DNA from: Bacteroidota bacterium
GTDB lineage: Bacteria; Bacteroidota; Ignavibacteria; UBA10030; UBA8401
Direction: 5' to 3'
DNA length: 64,000 nucleotides
Assembly (NCBI GenBank): GCA_013361065.1
Contig: JABWAK010000002.1
Location: forward strand, 2,273-66,272
In this document: positions 27,523 to 36,414 of the stretch, in pieces
How positions within the stretch are numbered: position 1 is the stretch's first letter
Layout: each line of letters starts with the position of its first letter
Program-made: the position numbers and the translations under genes
Notes under the pieces: generated by a model
Database searches by the model: none
Told to the model about the DNA's origin: nothing
Seen by the model: only the letters and a program-made list of their open reading frames with translations

Positions 27523-27790
27523 CCGGGATGAATCCCGGGGTTTTGGGTTACTGTGTTCCGTTGGTGTGTTCGTGCCTTGGTGGTTCTGTAATTTTGTTCT
27601 GCGTTATTCTGCGGAATCTGCGGGACAGCTCTTTGCATTTCTTGCGCATCGACCTTGGTGAATTATTCTTGCCGGGTGGTTTCTCGATTCCCCGGGATGA
27701 ATCCCGGGGCTTTGGGTTACTGTGTTCCGTTGGTGTGTTCGTGCCTTGGTGGTTCTGTAATTTTGTTCTGCGTTATTCTGCGGAATCTGC
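27523..27790. repeat. Two direct copies of a 104-bp repeat (1 mismatch) at 160-bp period; member of a modular intergenic repeat family (locus A)
   Basis: 27523-27626 and 27683-27786 CCGGGATGAATCCCGGGG(T/C)TTTGGGTTACTGTGTTCCGTTGGTGTGTTCGTGCCTTGGTGGTTCTGTAATTTTGTTCTGCGTTATTCTGCGGAATCTGCGGGA. Confidence 0.9.
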
Positions 27791-27852
27791 GGGATCGACC
27801 TGCTCTGCTTTTGTCATTTCCATTTCACCTCCGGTTTTCGTAGCTTTGTTCC

Positions 27853-29322
27853 ATGACACTTGATGAGATCTTCCTTCCGATCCGGCAGCAGATCGTCGGC
27901 ATCGATGCCCGTTTCACCTCGCAGTACGGGGACCAACCGCTCGTCTATGCGGATTGGACCGCCAGCGGGCGCCTGTACGCCCCGATCGAGCAGAAGATGC
28001 TCCATGCCTTCGGTCCGTTCGTCGGCAACACCCACTCCGAATCGTCCGTGACCGGCGGACTGATGACGCATGCGTACCATCATGCGCATGAGATCATCAA
28101 GAAGCATGTGCATGCGGACGGCGATGATGTGCTCTTGTTCATCGGTTCCGGCATGACCGCCGCCATCAACAAGTTCCAGCGGATCCTCGGCGTGAAGGTG
28201 CCGGAGCGGTACCGGGAACGGATCGAGATCCCGGAGCATGAACGTCCGGTCGTCTTTGTCACGCATATGGAGCATCATTCGAATCAGACCACGTGGTACG
28301 AGACGATCGCCGATGTGGTGGTGCTGGAGCCGGATGCGGACGGATTGACGGATGTGGGGAGTCTGCGTGAAGCGCTCCTGAAGTATGCGGACCGCACGAT
28401 GAAGATCGGTTCCTTCTCCGCCTGCTCCAATGTGACCGGCATTGCCACGCCGTACCATGCACTGGCAGCGGTGATGCACGAGGCCGGCGGCATCGCCATC
28501 GTCGATTTCGCCGCAAGCGCGCCGTACGTGGAGATCGACATGCATCCGGCCGATGCGAACCAGCGTCTGGATGCCGTCATTTTCTCACCGCACAAGTTCC
28601 TCGGCGGCCCCGGCACACCCGGCGTGCTGCTGTTCAACCGGAGTCTGTACACGCTCAAATCCCCGGACCAGCCGGGCGGCGGAACGGTGCTCTGGACGAA
28701 TCCCTGGGGCGAGCATATGTTCTCGCCCGATATCGAGGTCCGGGAGGACGGCGGAACGCCGGCATTCCTGCAGGCGATCCGCGCATCGCTGGCGGTGCAG
28801 CTGAAGGAGCAGATGGGCACGGACCGGATCGCCGCGCGCGAGCATGCACTCGGAACGATGATGTTCGGTCTGATGGAACAGGTGCCGCACCTGCATCTGC
28901 TGGCGGAGCACGTGCGGGAGCGGCTCTGCATGTTCTCCTTCTACTTCGACCATATCCATTACAACCTCGCCGTGAAGCTGCTCAACGACCGCTTCGGCAT
29001 CCAGGCGCGGGGCGGCTGTTCCTGCGCCGGCACCTACGGACACTTCCTGCTGCATGTGGACAAGCAGCACAGCAAATCGATCACCGACAAGATCAATGCC
29101 GGTGACCTCTCGGACAAACCGGGCTGGGTCCGCATCTCGCTCCACCCCACCACCACCGAAGAGGAAGTGCGGTACATCGGTGATGCGCTGCAGCAGATCT
29201 CGCGGAATATCGACGCGTGGAAGGACGATTACGCGTACGACCCGCACACCAATGAGTATCACCACCGGCAGGAACACGGGTTGCTCGCCGCTATGACCGC
29301 CTCCTGGTTCAAGGTGACATGA
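27853..29322 (+). CDS. Class V aminotransferase-fold PLP-dependent enzyme (cysteine desulfurase/selenocysteine lyase-like)
   Basis: ...VFVTHMEHHSNQ...SAPYVEIDMH..DAVIFSPHKFLGGPGTPGVLL... Confidence 0.8.
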   Translation: MTLDEIFLPIRQQIVGIDARFTSQYGDQPLVYADWTASGRLYAPIEQKMLHAFGPFVGNTHSESSVTGGLMTHAYHHAHEIIKKHVHADGDDVLLFIGSGMTAAINKFQRILGVKVPERYRERIEIPEHERPVVFVTHMEHHSNQTTWYETIADVVVLEPDADGLTDVGSLREALLKYADRTMKIGSFSACSNVTGIATPYHALAAVMHEAGGIAIVDFAASAPYVEIDMHPADANQRLDAVIFSPHKFLGGPGTPGVLLFNRSLYTLKSPDQPGGGTVLWTNPWGEHMFSPDIEVREDGGTPAFLQAIRASLAVQLKEQMGTDRIAAREHALGTMMFGLMEQVPHLHLLAEHVRERLCMFSFYFDHIHYNLAVKLLNDRFGIQARGGCSCAGTYGHFLLHVDKQHSKSITDKINAGDLSDKPGWVRISLHPTTTEEEVRYIGDALQQISRNIDAWKDDYAYDPHTNEYHHRQEHGLLAAMTASWFKVT

Positions 29323-29600
29323 GCGGATCCGGCTTCCTCCACAGCGCGAACACACTCATCCTGCGCCACATCGCCGCGATCGAAATGACCGGCGTGCTGA
29401 TGCGGATCTTCAGCTTCACCCTCGTCAGCTGGCTGGGCCCGGAGAGTCCGTTCCTGTTCGTCTGGCTCTTCAACACGGCGGATGCGGTGATGCTTTCCTG
29501 GTGTGCGATCCTGAAGAAGGACAAGGCATACACCGTCCTGAACATCTTTTGGATCCTCGTCGGCATCGTCGGAATCGGCCGTGCCGCCGGTTATCTGTAA
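29319..29600 (+). CDS. Small hypothetical membrane protein
   Basis: Three hydrophobic helices; start overlaps upstream stop. Confidence 0.35.
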   Translation: MSGSGFLHSANTLILRHIAAIEMTGVLMRIFSFTLVSWLGPESPFLFVWLFNTADAVMLSWCAILKKDKAYTVLNIFWILVGIVGIGRAAGYL

Positions 29601-29615
29601 TCAACGGAGTCCCCT

Positions 29616-30029
29616 ATGAAACTGACCCTCATGTCGATCGTCGGAGGGATGTTCGGCGCCGGCATCCTCTCCGCCCTCACCAACATTGCGAACCGCGCGT
29701 TCTTTCCGCTGCCGCCGGAGGTGTCGCCGCAGAACCTCGCCGCCCTGCAGGAGTACCTTGCCGGGATGCCGACCGGACCGTACTTGATGTCGCTGGCCGG
29801 GATGGTGCTGGCCGGACTGGCAGGCGGATTCACGGCGGGCGTCATCCAGCCCGAGAAGGGATACCGCAACGGACTGATCGTCGGCGCATTCTACACGATG
29901 TTCGCGGTGACCGGCATGATGATGGTCCCGCATCCGCTCAAACTCTGGATCTCCGCGCTCGCATCGTACATCCCCTGCGCACTGGCGGGGGCTTACTTCG
30001 CATCCATCGCCAAACAGGAGCAACGATGA
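29616..30029 (+). CDS. Hypothetical membrane protein (4 TM)
   Basis: MKLTLMSIVGGMFGAGILSAL... hydrophobic profile. Confidence 0.45.
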   Translation: MKLTLMSIVGGMFGAGILSALTNIANRAFFPLPPEVSPQNLAALQEYLAGMPTGPYLMSLAGMVLAGLAGGFTAGVIQPEKGYRNGLIVGAFYTMFAVTGMMMVPHPLKLWISALASYIPCALAGAYFASIAKQEQR

Positions 30030-30550
30030 AACTGATCATGAAGCCCCGCCCGGACGAATACGCGCCGTACTATGACCGGTACATCTCCCTGGTGCCGGAG
30101 GACGGGATGATCCTTCAGCATCTCTATACGAACCGCAAGATGATCGATGCGTTCCTGACCGCCATTCCTGCGGACCGGTGGGAATACCGCTACGCCGAGG
30201 GGAAGTGGACCATCAAAGAGGCGCTGCTGCATGTGATCGATACCGAACGGATCTTCACTTATCGCGCGCTCACGATCGCGCGCGGAGATACCACGCCTCT
30301 TCCGGGATATGAACAGGACGATTATGTGCCGACCTCCGCCGCGAACACGCGGAGCAGCAGCAGTCTGCTGGAAGAATACGCCGCCGTCCGTCAGGCAACA
30401 CTGACGCTGCTGGGGAATCTTCCGGAGGAAGCATGGGGACGCATCGGTACGGCGAATGAGAATCCGGTGTCGGTCCGCGCCATCGCGTACATGCTGGCAG
30501 GACACGAGTTGCATCATCTGTCGATCATCAAGGAACGGTATCTCGCATAA
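30026..30550 (+). CDS. DinB/YfiT-like family protein (DinB_2)
   Basis: ...WTIKEALLHVIDTERIFTYRAL... and C-terminal GHELHHLSII motif. Confidence 0.7.
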   Translation: MKLIMKPRPDEYAPYYDRYISLVPEDGMILQHLYTNRKMIDAFLTAIPADRWEYRYAEGKWTIKEALLHVIDTERIFTYRALTIARGDTTPLPGYEQDDYVPTSAANTRSSSSLLEEYAAVRQATLTLLGNLPEEAWGRIGTANENPVSVRAIAYMLAGHELHHLSIIKERYLA

Positions 30551-30703
30551 CCCTTTCCTCCGCTCCTCCCTTCCTGCAGCGCGTGCGCACGATACGGTGG
30601 AATGCACCGAACCTGCTGTCCAGGCATAATATCTGGGTTGATAGCGACACACTCCGTCCGATCGACGCGGCGTTCCGTGCGGCGGCCCTCACGATCGCGC
30701 TGA

Positions 30704-31477
30704 TCAACGCACCTGCATGCCGTTCTTGCAGTAAACGAGCATGGCGCGACTGAGGAATTGCGCCAGTCCCGGTGCATACGCATCATAGGTGGCGGTGAAC
30801 CGCGGGTCCTCCACATACATCGCCGCCAATCCCCGGTAGATCTCCTCCGTGACATCATAGAAGAATTCGATAGAGTTGCGATGCTCCTCCACGGCGCGCT
30901 GCACCTCGGCATCGGCCGGGTCCTTCGTCATCAGCAGCGCCAGCCGGCGGTGCAGGGCATCCGACCGCTCCTTGTATGCGCGCCACTGTTCCTTCGTCAG
31001 CGCCCGTACGCGCCGTTCGGATTCCGCAACACGCTCCTTCCCCCAGCGCATCTCTGCTTCCCCCTTGTATGCCGAGGCCTGCTCCGGTGTGAAGCCGTCG
31101 TACAATTCCTTGTCCGTGACCATGGTCGTTCCTTTCTCGATATCGTTCAACGTTCGTTCGATGGTGTGCAGCAGCACCGACAGCCGTCCCTGTTCCTTCT
31201 CGAGCTGCTCCCGATGGGACCGTAATGAAGCGGCAAGGTCGAACTCCGGATCATCCAGCACGCGGACGATCTCGCGCAGCGGGTATCCGAGCGCACTGTA
31301 GAACAGGATCTGCTGCAGACGGAGCAGGTCGTTCCGGTCATAGAGCCGGTACCGCTTCTCGCTCCGCTGCGACGGGACGAGGAGTCCCATGGCATCGTAA
31401 TGATGGAGCGTGCGGATGCTGACGCCGGAGAGCGCGGCAAGCCGGCGGACGGTATACAGGGTCGGTGCTGTTCCCAT
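30704..31477 (-). CDS. MerR-family transcriptional regulator with TipAS-like C-terminal domain
   Basis: YTVRRLAALSGVSIRTLHHYDAMGLL (MerR HTH) + C-terminal TipAS-like helical domain. Confidence 0.8.
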   Translation of the reverse strand: MGTAPTLYTVRRLAALSGVSIRTLHHYDAMGLLVPSQRSEKRYRLYDRNDLLRLQQILFYSALGYPLREIVRVLDDPEFDLAASLRSHREQLEKEQGRLSVLLHTIERTLNDIEKGTTMVTDKELYDGFTPEQASAYKGEAEMRWGKERVAESERRVRALTKEQWRAYKERSDALHRRLALLMTKDPADAEVQRAVEEHRNSIEFFYDVTEEIYRGLAAMYVEDPRFTATYDAYAPGLAQFLSRAMLVYCKNGMQVR

Positions 31478-31824
31478 GGAGGATGCTGATGAATGTGAAG
31501 GGTGTCTGTTCAGGGATTGCTGCATCACCCTACAAATATACGCACTGACGTTGCGTGAGGGTCAAGGGCGAATGGTCAAAAATTTACATTTTTTTCGGTT
31601 AGAATGTGCTCTGCGGGGATGCCGTTACCGCCGGAGATGCAGTAGTTGGCGATAGCGGTATATTTTTATTCTACACTGTTGCTTATCCGTGTCAAAAAGA
31701 TCAATTTACGGTATGAGATTGTGATGGGGGGGGCATTCCGTATAATTCACATTTAAATAAATAATCATTGATAAATTCTATCTAATCTTATGTTGGGCCG
31801 TTTTTCAACCAGAGAGTTGTTACC

Positions 31825-32694
31825 ATGAGATTGAAGTTCTTTTTAGTTCTGGTATTGGCCTTTTTTTGTCTTTCCAGTGAATTTGCACTTTCACAGGACT
31901 CAATTGAGGAGATCCCAATTGCTGGAGTGTGGACGTGTGACCGCCCACCCTACGGCATCGATACACTCATAATTTCCGGTGACAGAATAGTTCTCTCCTT
32001 TGTGGTGGAAGTCGGCGGTCAATCTCGTCATATTTACGGCCGAGTCATTAAAAGTGTGGCAGAGAAGAGCCAACTTGCTTACGAAATCTACAAGGTGATA
32101 GAAGGTAACGTAGTTGTCCCGTCAGCACCCGAACATCGGTTTATGGTATATGAAGTGGCAGAGACTGAGCTTTGGACATATACTGATTCTGGCGCATTTC
32201 CGGATCGCGCCTTCCTCAAAGCAAATGCCTACCGAAGTGCATGGCGAACGAAAGATATTCAGCCGTATTTGGTCCGATTCTATGAAAGCTCAAGTTCGGC
32301 ATGTATAGACTCCGTCCTCTATTCAATCTACGACCATCGAGGAGTAACGCGGGGATCGTCCTACGTGACCATTCCACCCAAGTTTATAGGAGGAGTACAG
32401 GCATATGACGCCTACTTCCAACAGGGATTCAACAGGCAAGAATCTCTTGATGGCATTTTCGGCATTGTGAGTGTCTCTTGTACAATAACCTGCAATGGAT
32501 CGGTATCCAATGTTGAAGTGGCAGAAGGTAGGATGAGCGTCCTCCTTCCTAAGACACTTGAATTACTCATGAAGTTAGTATCGGGAATGCCGAATTGGAT
32601 CCCCGCACTTAGTGACTACCGGAAAGTGCCCTGCAGAATAGAAATCCCTTTTGTTATCTCAGATGGCAGGCTGCGTGCGGGCCGTCCGCGATGA
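31825..32694 (+). CDS. Secreted hypothetical protein with C-terminal TonB_C-like domain; AT-rich island
   Basis: Signal peptide MRLKFFLVLVLAFFCLSSEFALSQ; C-terminus GIFGIVSVSCTITCNGSVSNVEVAEG...IPALSDYRKVPCRIEIPFVI resembles TonB C-terminal fold. Confidence 0.5.
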   Translation: MRLKFFLVLVLAFFCLSSEFALSQDSIEEIPIAGVWTCDRPPYGIDTLIISGDRIVLSFVVEVGGQSRHIYGRVIKSVAEKSQLAYEIYKVIEGNVVVPSAPEHRFMVYEVAETELWTYTDSGAFPDRAFLKANAYRSAWRTKDIQPYLVRFYESSSSACIDSVLYSIYDHRGVTRGSSYVTIPPKFIGGVQAYDAYFQQGFNRQESLDGIFGIVSVSCTITCNGSVSNVEVAEGRMSVLLPKTLELLMKLVSGMPNWIPALSDYRKVPCRIEIPFVISDGRLRAGRPR

Positions 32695-32907
32695 AACGGC
32701 CTAACAAGCGGCTCATGACTGACCCCGCAACCGCATTCCTGCCTGTCGGCAGGCATGCGCTCTGAAACTCAAGTGTTGAGTCGTCAGCATACAACTTAGG
32801 ATACGAAAGCTCATTTTATATACATGAGCACTGACCTCTGACCCTGAATGGTTACGGGATAGCTTATCCGCCATCCGATACATGATTGCTATTCTTAATA
32901 ATCCCCT

Positions 32908-33471
32908 ATGAAATATCAATCAACGCTAATCCTGCTGTTTATAGTGCTCCTTTCGCTTTTACATAATGGTTGTTATTCTCCTCAAACGAAGAGATCGGTA
33001 TTTATTTATAAAGGAATGGACTACACTGCATTTTGTGCAGATTCAGTCCGTGTATATTTATCAAATTGGTTTGATTCTACAATTCTTCATTCGGGGACCG
33101 ATAGTTGTAACGGATATTCAGGTGTTTCCTTCACTGATCCTGAACTTACTAATTTGTTAACCAGCGGTGAATTAACAGGAGAGATGTTTTGTAAAGCTAT
33201 TGAGAAACAAACGGGTGAGTACCCACGGCCTCAATTTGATTCATATTTAGGTGATTCCTATCATGATTCGCTAAACTCAGATTTAAATTGGCATGGTGGA
33301 TTGATTGTCGTGGTTCAATGGTTGAATAGATGTACCATTAACGGAGATCGACAAACCACGTTGTGTGTATCAATGAATAGGTTTGAGGTTGGAGGAGATT
33401 GTATGCTATTTTCTTTCACTATTAAGGATGATAAAATTAGAGACTTCAAGTATAAAGGATATATTCTTTAA
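32908..33471 (+). CDS. Hypothetical lipoprotein; AT-rich island
   Basis: Lipobox LLHNGC; no recognisable domain. Confidence 0.45.
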   Translation: MKYQSTLILLFIVLLSLLHNGCYSPQTKRSVFIYKGMDYTAFCADSVRVYLSNWFDSTILHSGTDSCNGYSGVSFTDPELTNLLTSGELTGEMFCKAIEKQTGEYPRPQFDSYLGDSYHDSLNSDLNWHGGLIVVVQWLNRCTINGDRQTTLCVSMNRFEVGGDCMLFSFTIKDDKIRDFKYKGYIL

Positions 33472-33701
33472 TTATTCTATTCTTTGCAATCGCTCTGCCA
33501 TATTAACAATGAACCCCGCATAGAAGCATTGCGGAACAGACAGTTGCAACTGTGGCCTCGAAAAAGTCCCAAGTGTCATGAAATCTAAACTCAACATACG
33601 ATTCGTCAGTATTCAGCATATTAAAAATAAAGCGCGTGGTCGCAGTAAAACGTCTTCACGTAGTTTAGTCGCCATCCGTTAGGCGGTTTCCGAGTATATC
33701 A

Positions 33702-34529
33702 ATGATAGACGAAAGAGTGATTAATATATATACTGACGGTTCGTCAAGGTCAACTCCTCGGCGCGGCGGTGTTGGAATAAGGTATATTTATGTAAACGAA
33801 AGTGGTGCGGAAATTTCGACCGATCTTAATTTACCTGGTTACCCTAATGCCACCAGTCAAGAAATGGAGTTACAAGCTTGCGTATTGGCATTGAATCATT
33901 TAGACGACTATCCTGACTTAGCAAGATTCACAAAAGTAGTGATTTACAGCGACTCCAAATACGTTGTTGACAATTTCCACAATGCTCTGTTTCGTTGGTC
34001 AAAGAATGGATGGACTCGAAAAGAAGGAGCTCCCGTGTTGAATGCCACTATTTGGAAGGAGCTATTAAAAGCTATTCGCAAATGCCGACGTAGGGTAGAA
34101 TTCACTAAAGTAAAGGGTCACTCGACAGACCCTCACAATAAAGCAGTGGACAAACTCGCTAAGATATCCTCTTCAATACCATTTAATCAGGCACTTTCAC
34201 CAACAATTGTTCGACGCAAGATGTCTGATCGAAAAACTAAAATTGGCAGTGTGCTTGCAATCGGCCAAAGAATTACAATTCGAATTGTCCAAAGTCAATA
34301 CTTGCGAGAACAAAAGTTGTATCGATATCGATATGAAGTGATGTCTAAATCTAGTCCATTCTACAAGAATGTGGATTTTGCTGTCACTGAACATATCTTG
34401 CGAGAAGCGCATACATATTCTGTTCGAATAAATTCTGAACAAGCTAATCCAAGGATTGTCAAAGTATTCAGAGAGACGATCCCAAACGCGGTTAACAAGG
34501 CAAAGAGAAATGATAATAAAACTGCTTAA
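33702..34529 (+). CDS. RNase HI domain fused to an uncharacterised ~125-aa C-terminal domain; AT-rich island
   Basis: INIYTDGSS...SQEMELQA...VVIYSDSKYVV...VKGHSTDPHNKAVDKLAK gives all five RNase HI catalytic positions (D,E,D,H,D); C-terminal 125 aa unassigned. Confidence 0.7.
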   Translation: MIDERVINIYTDGSSRSTPRRGGVGIRYIYVNESGAEISTDLNLPGYPNATSQEMELQACVLALNHLDDYPDLARFTKVVIYSDSKYVVDNFHNALFRWSKNGWTRKEGAPVLNATIWKELLKAIRKCRRRVEFTKVKGHSTDPHNKAVDKLAKISSSIPFNQALSPTIVRRKMSDRKTKIGSVLAIGQRITIRIVQSQYLREQKLYRYRYEVMSKSSPFYKNVDFAVTEHILREAHTYSVRINSEQANPRIVKVFRETIPNAVNKAKRNDNKTA

Positions 34530-34844
34530 CCATATCATAATAGAACCCCGAATAGAACCATTGCGGGGCAAACCCCGCCCAACAACGGCAGGACGGGCTC
34601 GTCAAAAAAAATTAATCCCCGTTCGCATCATGCAGCACAATGATGCGTTCAATATCCCTTGAAGCTGCACAATTTCCATCCTGCCGCCCGGCCAACGTTT
34701 GTCCTCATGACGGTATCTGACTGCGGCGGCGATCCCCGGGGCGGCCGGTACCGCCGTACAGCGGAAATCGCGAAAATTCCGTATATTATGGTAGTTTCTT
34801 TCCGTCCGGTACCGGACAGTATCGTCCAATAACTTAGGGTTCCC

Positions 34845-35345
34845 ATGATCAAACGTCTCCTCGTTCACGCACTCGCTGCGGTCCTCATCCTTGCCGCTGC
34901 CAAACAGTTCGACCGGCCCGTGAAGAACGATTCGAATGACCAGACCCGTCATTTTTCGACGCAATTCCCCATTCCGGACAGCGTGGAAGCGATCCTCACC
35001 GTGGCGTGCTACGACTGCCACAGCAACAATACCCGGTACCCCTGGTATGCCGAGATCCAGCCGATCGGCGGGATGATCAATGACCATGTGGTGCACGGCA
35101 AGAAGGAGCTGAACTTCTCCGAGTTCGCATCGTACCGTCCCCGCAAACAGTTCCACAAGATGGAAGAGGTGGCGGAACTGGTGCGCGACAGCCTGATGCC
35201 GATCGCCGATTACCTGAAGATGCACGAGGATGCCGTGCTGACCGACGCACAGCGGCAGACCATCTATGCCTGGGTAAGCGCCACGCACGACTCCATGCGC
35301 GCACTCTATCCGCCGGACAGCCTGAAAGCGCGCCGCCGCCCATAA
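34845..35345 (+). CDS. Haem-binding-domain protein (Haem_bd, CxxCH)
   Basis: Signal peptide; VACYDCHSN motif. Confidence 0.7.
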   Translation: MIKRLLVHALAAVLILAAAKQFDRPVKNDSNDQTRHFSTQFPIPDSVEAILTVACYDCHSNNTRYPWYAEIQPIGGMINDHVVHGKKELNFSEFASYRPRKQFHKMEEVAELVRDSLMPIADYLKMHEDAVLTDAQRQTIYAWVSATHDSMRALYPPDSLKARRRP

Positions 35346-35356
35346 CCCGCACCCCC

Positions 35357-35737
35357 ATGGACTATTCCATCTCCATCACCCGCAGCGGCTCCGCACTGCA
35401 TGCCGTTGTCACCGGAACGAACTCCATCCGCAACGTGGACCGGTACCTCACCGAGATCCGCGCAGCATCGGAGGAGCACGGCGTGAAGGATATCCTGATC
35501 GAGGAACAGCTGCAGGGCGACGGACTCGATACGTTCGACGTCTTCGAGGTGATCCGCACCCACGCACGGTACGCACGGGACCGGAAGCTGCGCATCGCGT
35601 ACGTGGACCTGAACCGGGACCACCACCGCACCACGGTGGCCTTCGGAGAGAATCTGGCGAACATCCTCGGCGTGAATGTGCGTGTGTTCGCGTCGGCGGA
35701 TGAAGCAGCGCACTGGCTCGGCAGCGGCAGCCGCTGA
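35357..35737 (+). CDS. STAS-like (anti-sigma-antagonist-fold) hypothetical protein
   Basis: Pattern ...AVVTGT...DTFDVFEVI...LRIAYVDLN...VRVFASADEAAHWL; paralogous to 53606-54031. Confidence 0.45.
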   Translation: MDYSISITRSGSALHAVVTGTNSIRNVDRYLTEIRAASEEHGVKDILIEEQLQGDGLDTFDVFEVIRTHARYARDRKLRIAYVDLNRDHHRTTVAFGENLANILGVNVRVFASADEAAHWLGSGSR

Positions 35738-35760
35738 CAACGCGGACCGGCGTACCTCCC

Positions 35761-36327
35761 ATGAAGATCGGCACAACATTCTATACCCCTCACCGCTCCG
35801 TCTGGCGTGCCTGGCTCGCCAAGCACCATGCGACCGCCTCCGAGATCTGGCTCATCTATTACAAACAGGGTGCTTCCAAGAAGCGGATACCGTACCACGC
35901 TGCGGTGGAAGAAGCGCTCTGCTACGGCTGGATCGACAGCACAACGAAAGCGATCGACGCGGAACGGTATGCACAGCGGTTCTCACCGCGCCGTCCCGGC
36001 TCGGTCCTGTCCGGCCTGAACAAGGAACGGATCCTGCGGCTGATCGCCTCCAAAAAGATGCGCAAGGCCGGGATGACGGCGCTGGCGCACCATCTGGATG
36101 CGAACGGACGCCTGCCGGAAGCGTACACCTTCCCGAAGGATATCCTCGCCGCCATCCGGAAGAACCGTGCGGCCTGGCAGCATTATCAGAAGTTCCCGCT
36201 CCCCTACCGCCGCATCCGCGTTGCGTGGATCGACGGAGCGCGGGACCGGCCCTCCGTGTTCCGGACGCGGCTCCGCTATTTCATCACCAAATGCGAACGG
36301 AACGAACGGTTCGGGATGGAACGGTGA
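35761..36327 (+). CDS. YdeI/OmpD-associated family protein
   Basis: ...EIWLIYYKQGASKKRIPYHAAVEEALCYGWIDSTTKAIDAERYAQRFSPRRPGS... matches this family. Confidence 0.7.
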   Translation: MKIGTTFYTPHRSVWRAWLAKHHATASEIWLIYYKQGASKKRIPYHAAVEEALCYGWIDSTTKAIDAERYAQRFSPRRPGSVLSGLNKERILRLIASKKMRKAGMTALAHHLDANGRLPEAYTFPKDILAAIRKNRAAWQHYQKFPLPYRRIRVAWIDGARDRPSVFRTRLRYFITKCERNERFGMER

Positions 36328-36414
36328 TACCGCCCTCCCGCCACTCCTTCTCCGTCCGCTGACCGTACTGAACCGGTACCGGTCCTCTGTCCATCACCTC
36401 CAACGAACGCATCC

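Noticed and set aside
27523-27790. Possible CRISPR arrays at the four tandem-repeat loci (27.5k, 42.7k, 46.2k, 58.5k)
   Set aside because: Repeat units are 80-185 bp with short or no unique spacers, and no cas genes are nearby. The geometry is wrong for CRISPR (28-48 bp repeats with similar-sized unique spacers).
27528-27863. Small ORFs inside repeat arrays (27528-27863, 27655-27843, 58286-58579, 58387-58617, 58592-58822, 46304-47212(-))
   Set aside because: They read through direct repeats and give duplicated peptide segments. There are no start-site signals. They are most likely non-coding structured repeats.
32695-32790. Integron attC-like site after island gene 1 (GCCTAAC at 32699 ... 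GTTGAGT at 32783, 91 bp apart), and TGCTTAAC overlapping the stop of the RNase H gene
   Set aside because: R'' and R' cores are only partly complementary. No convincing L''/L' inner repeats could be found, and no intI or attI is in the window. Kept as a low-probability idea under the island finding.
34845-35345. Cytochrome c assignment for the CxxCH protein
   Set aside because: The single CYDCH motif in a short secreted protein fits the Haem_bd (PF14376-type) family better than a classical cytochrome c. It is called a haem-binding-domain protein only.
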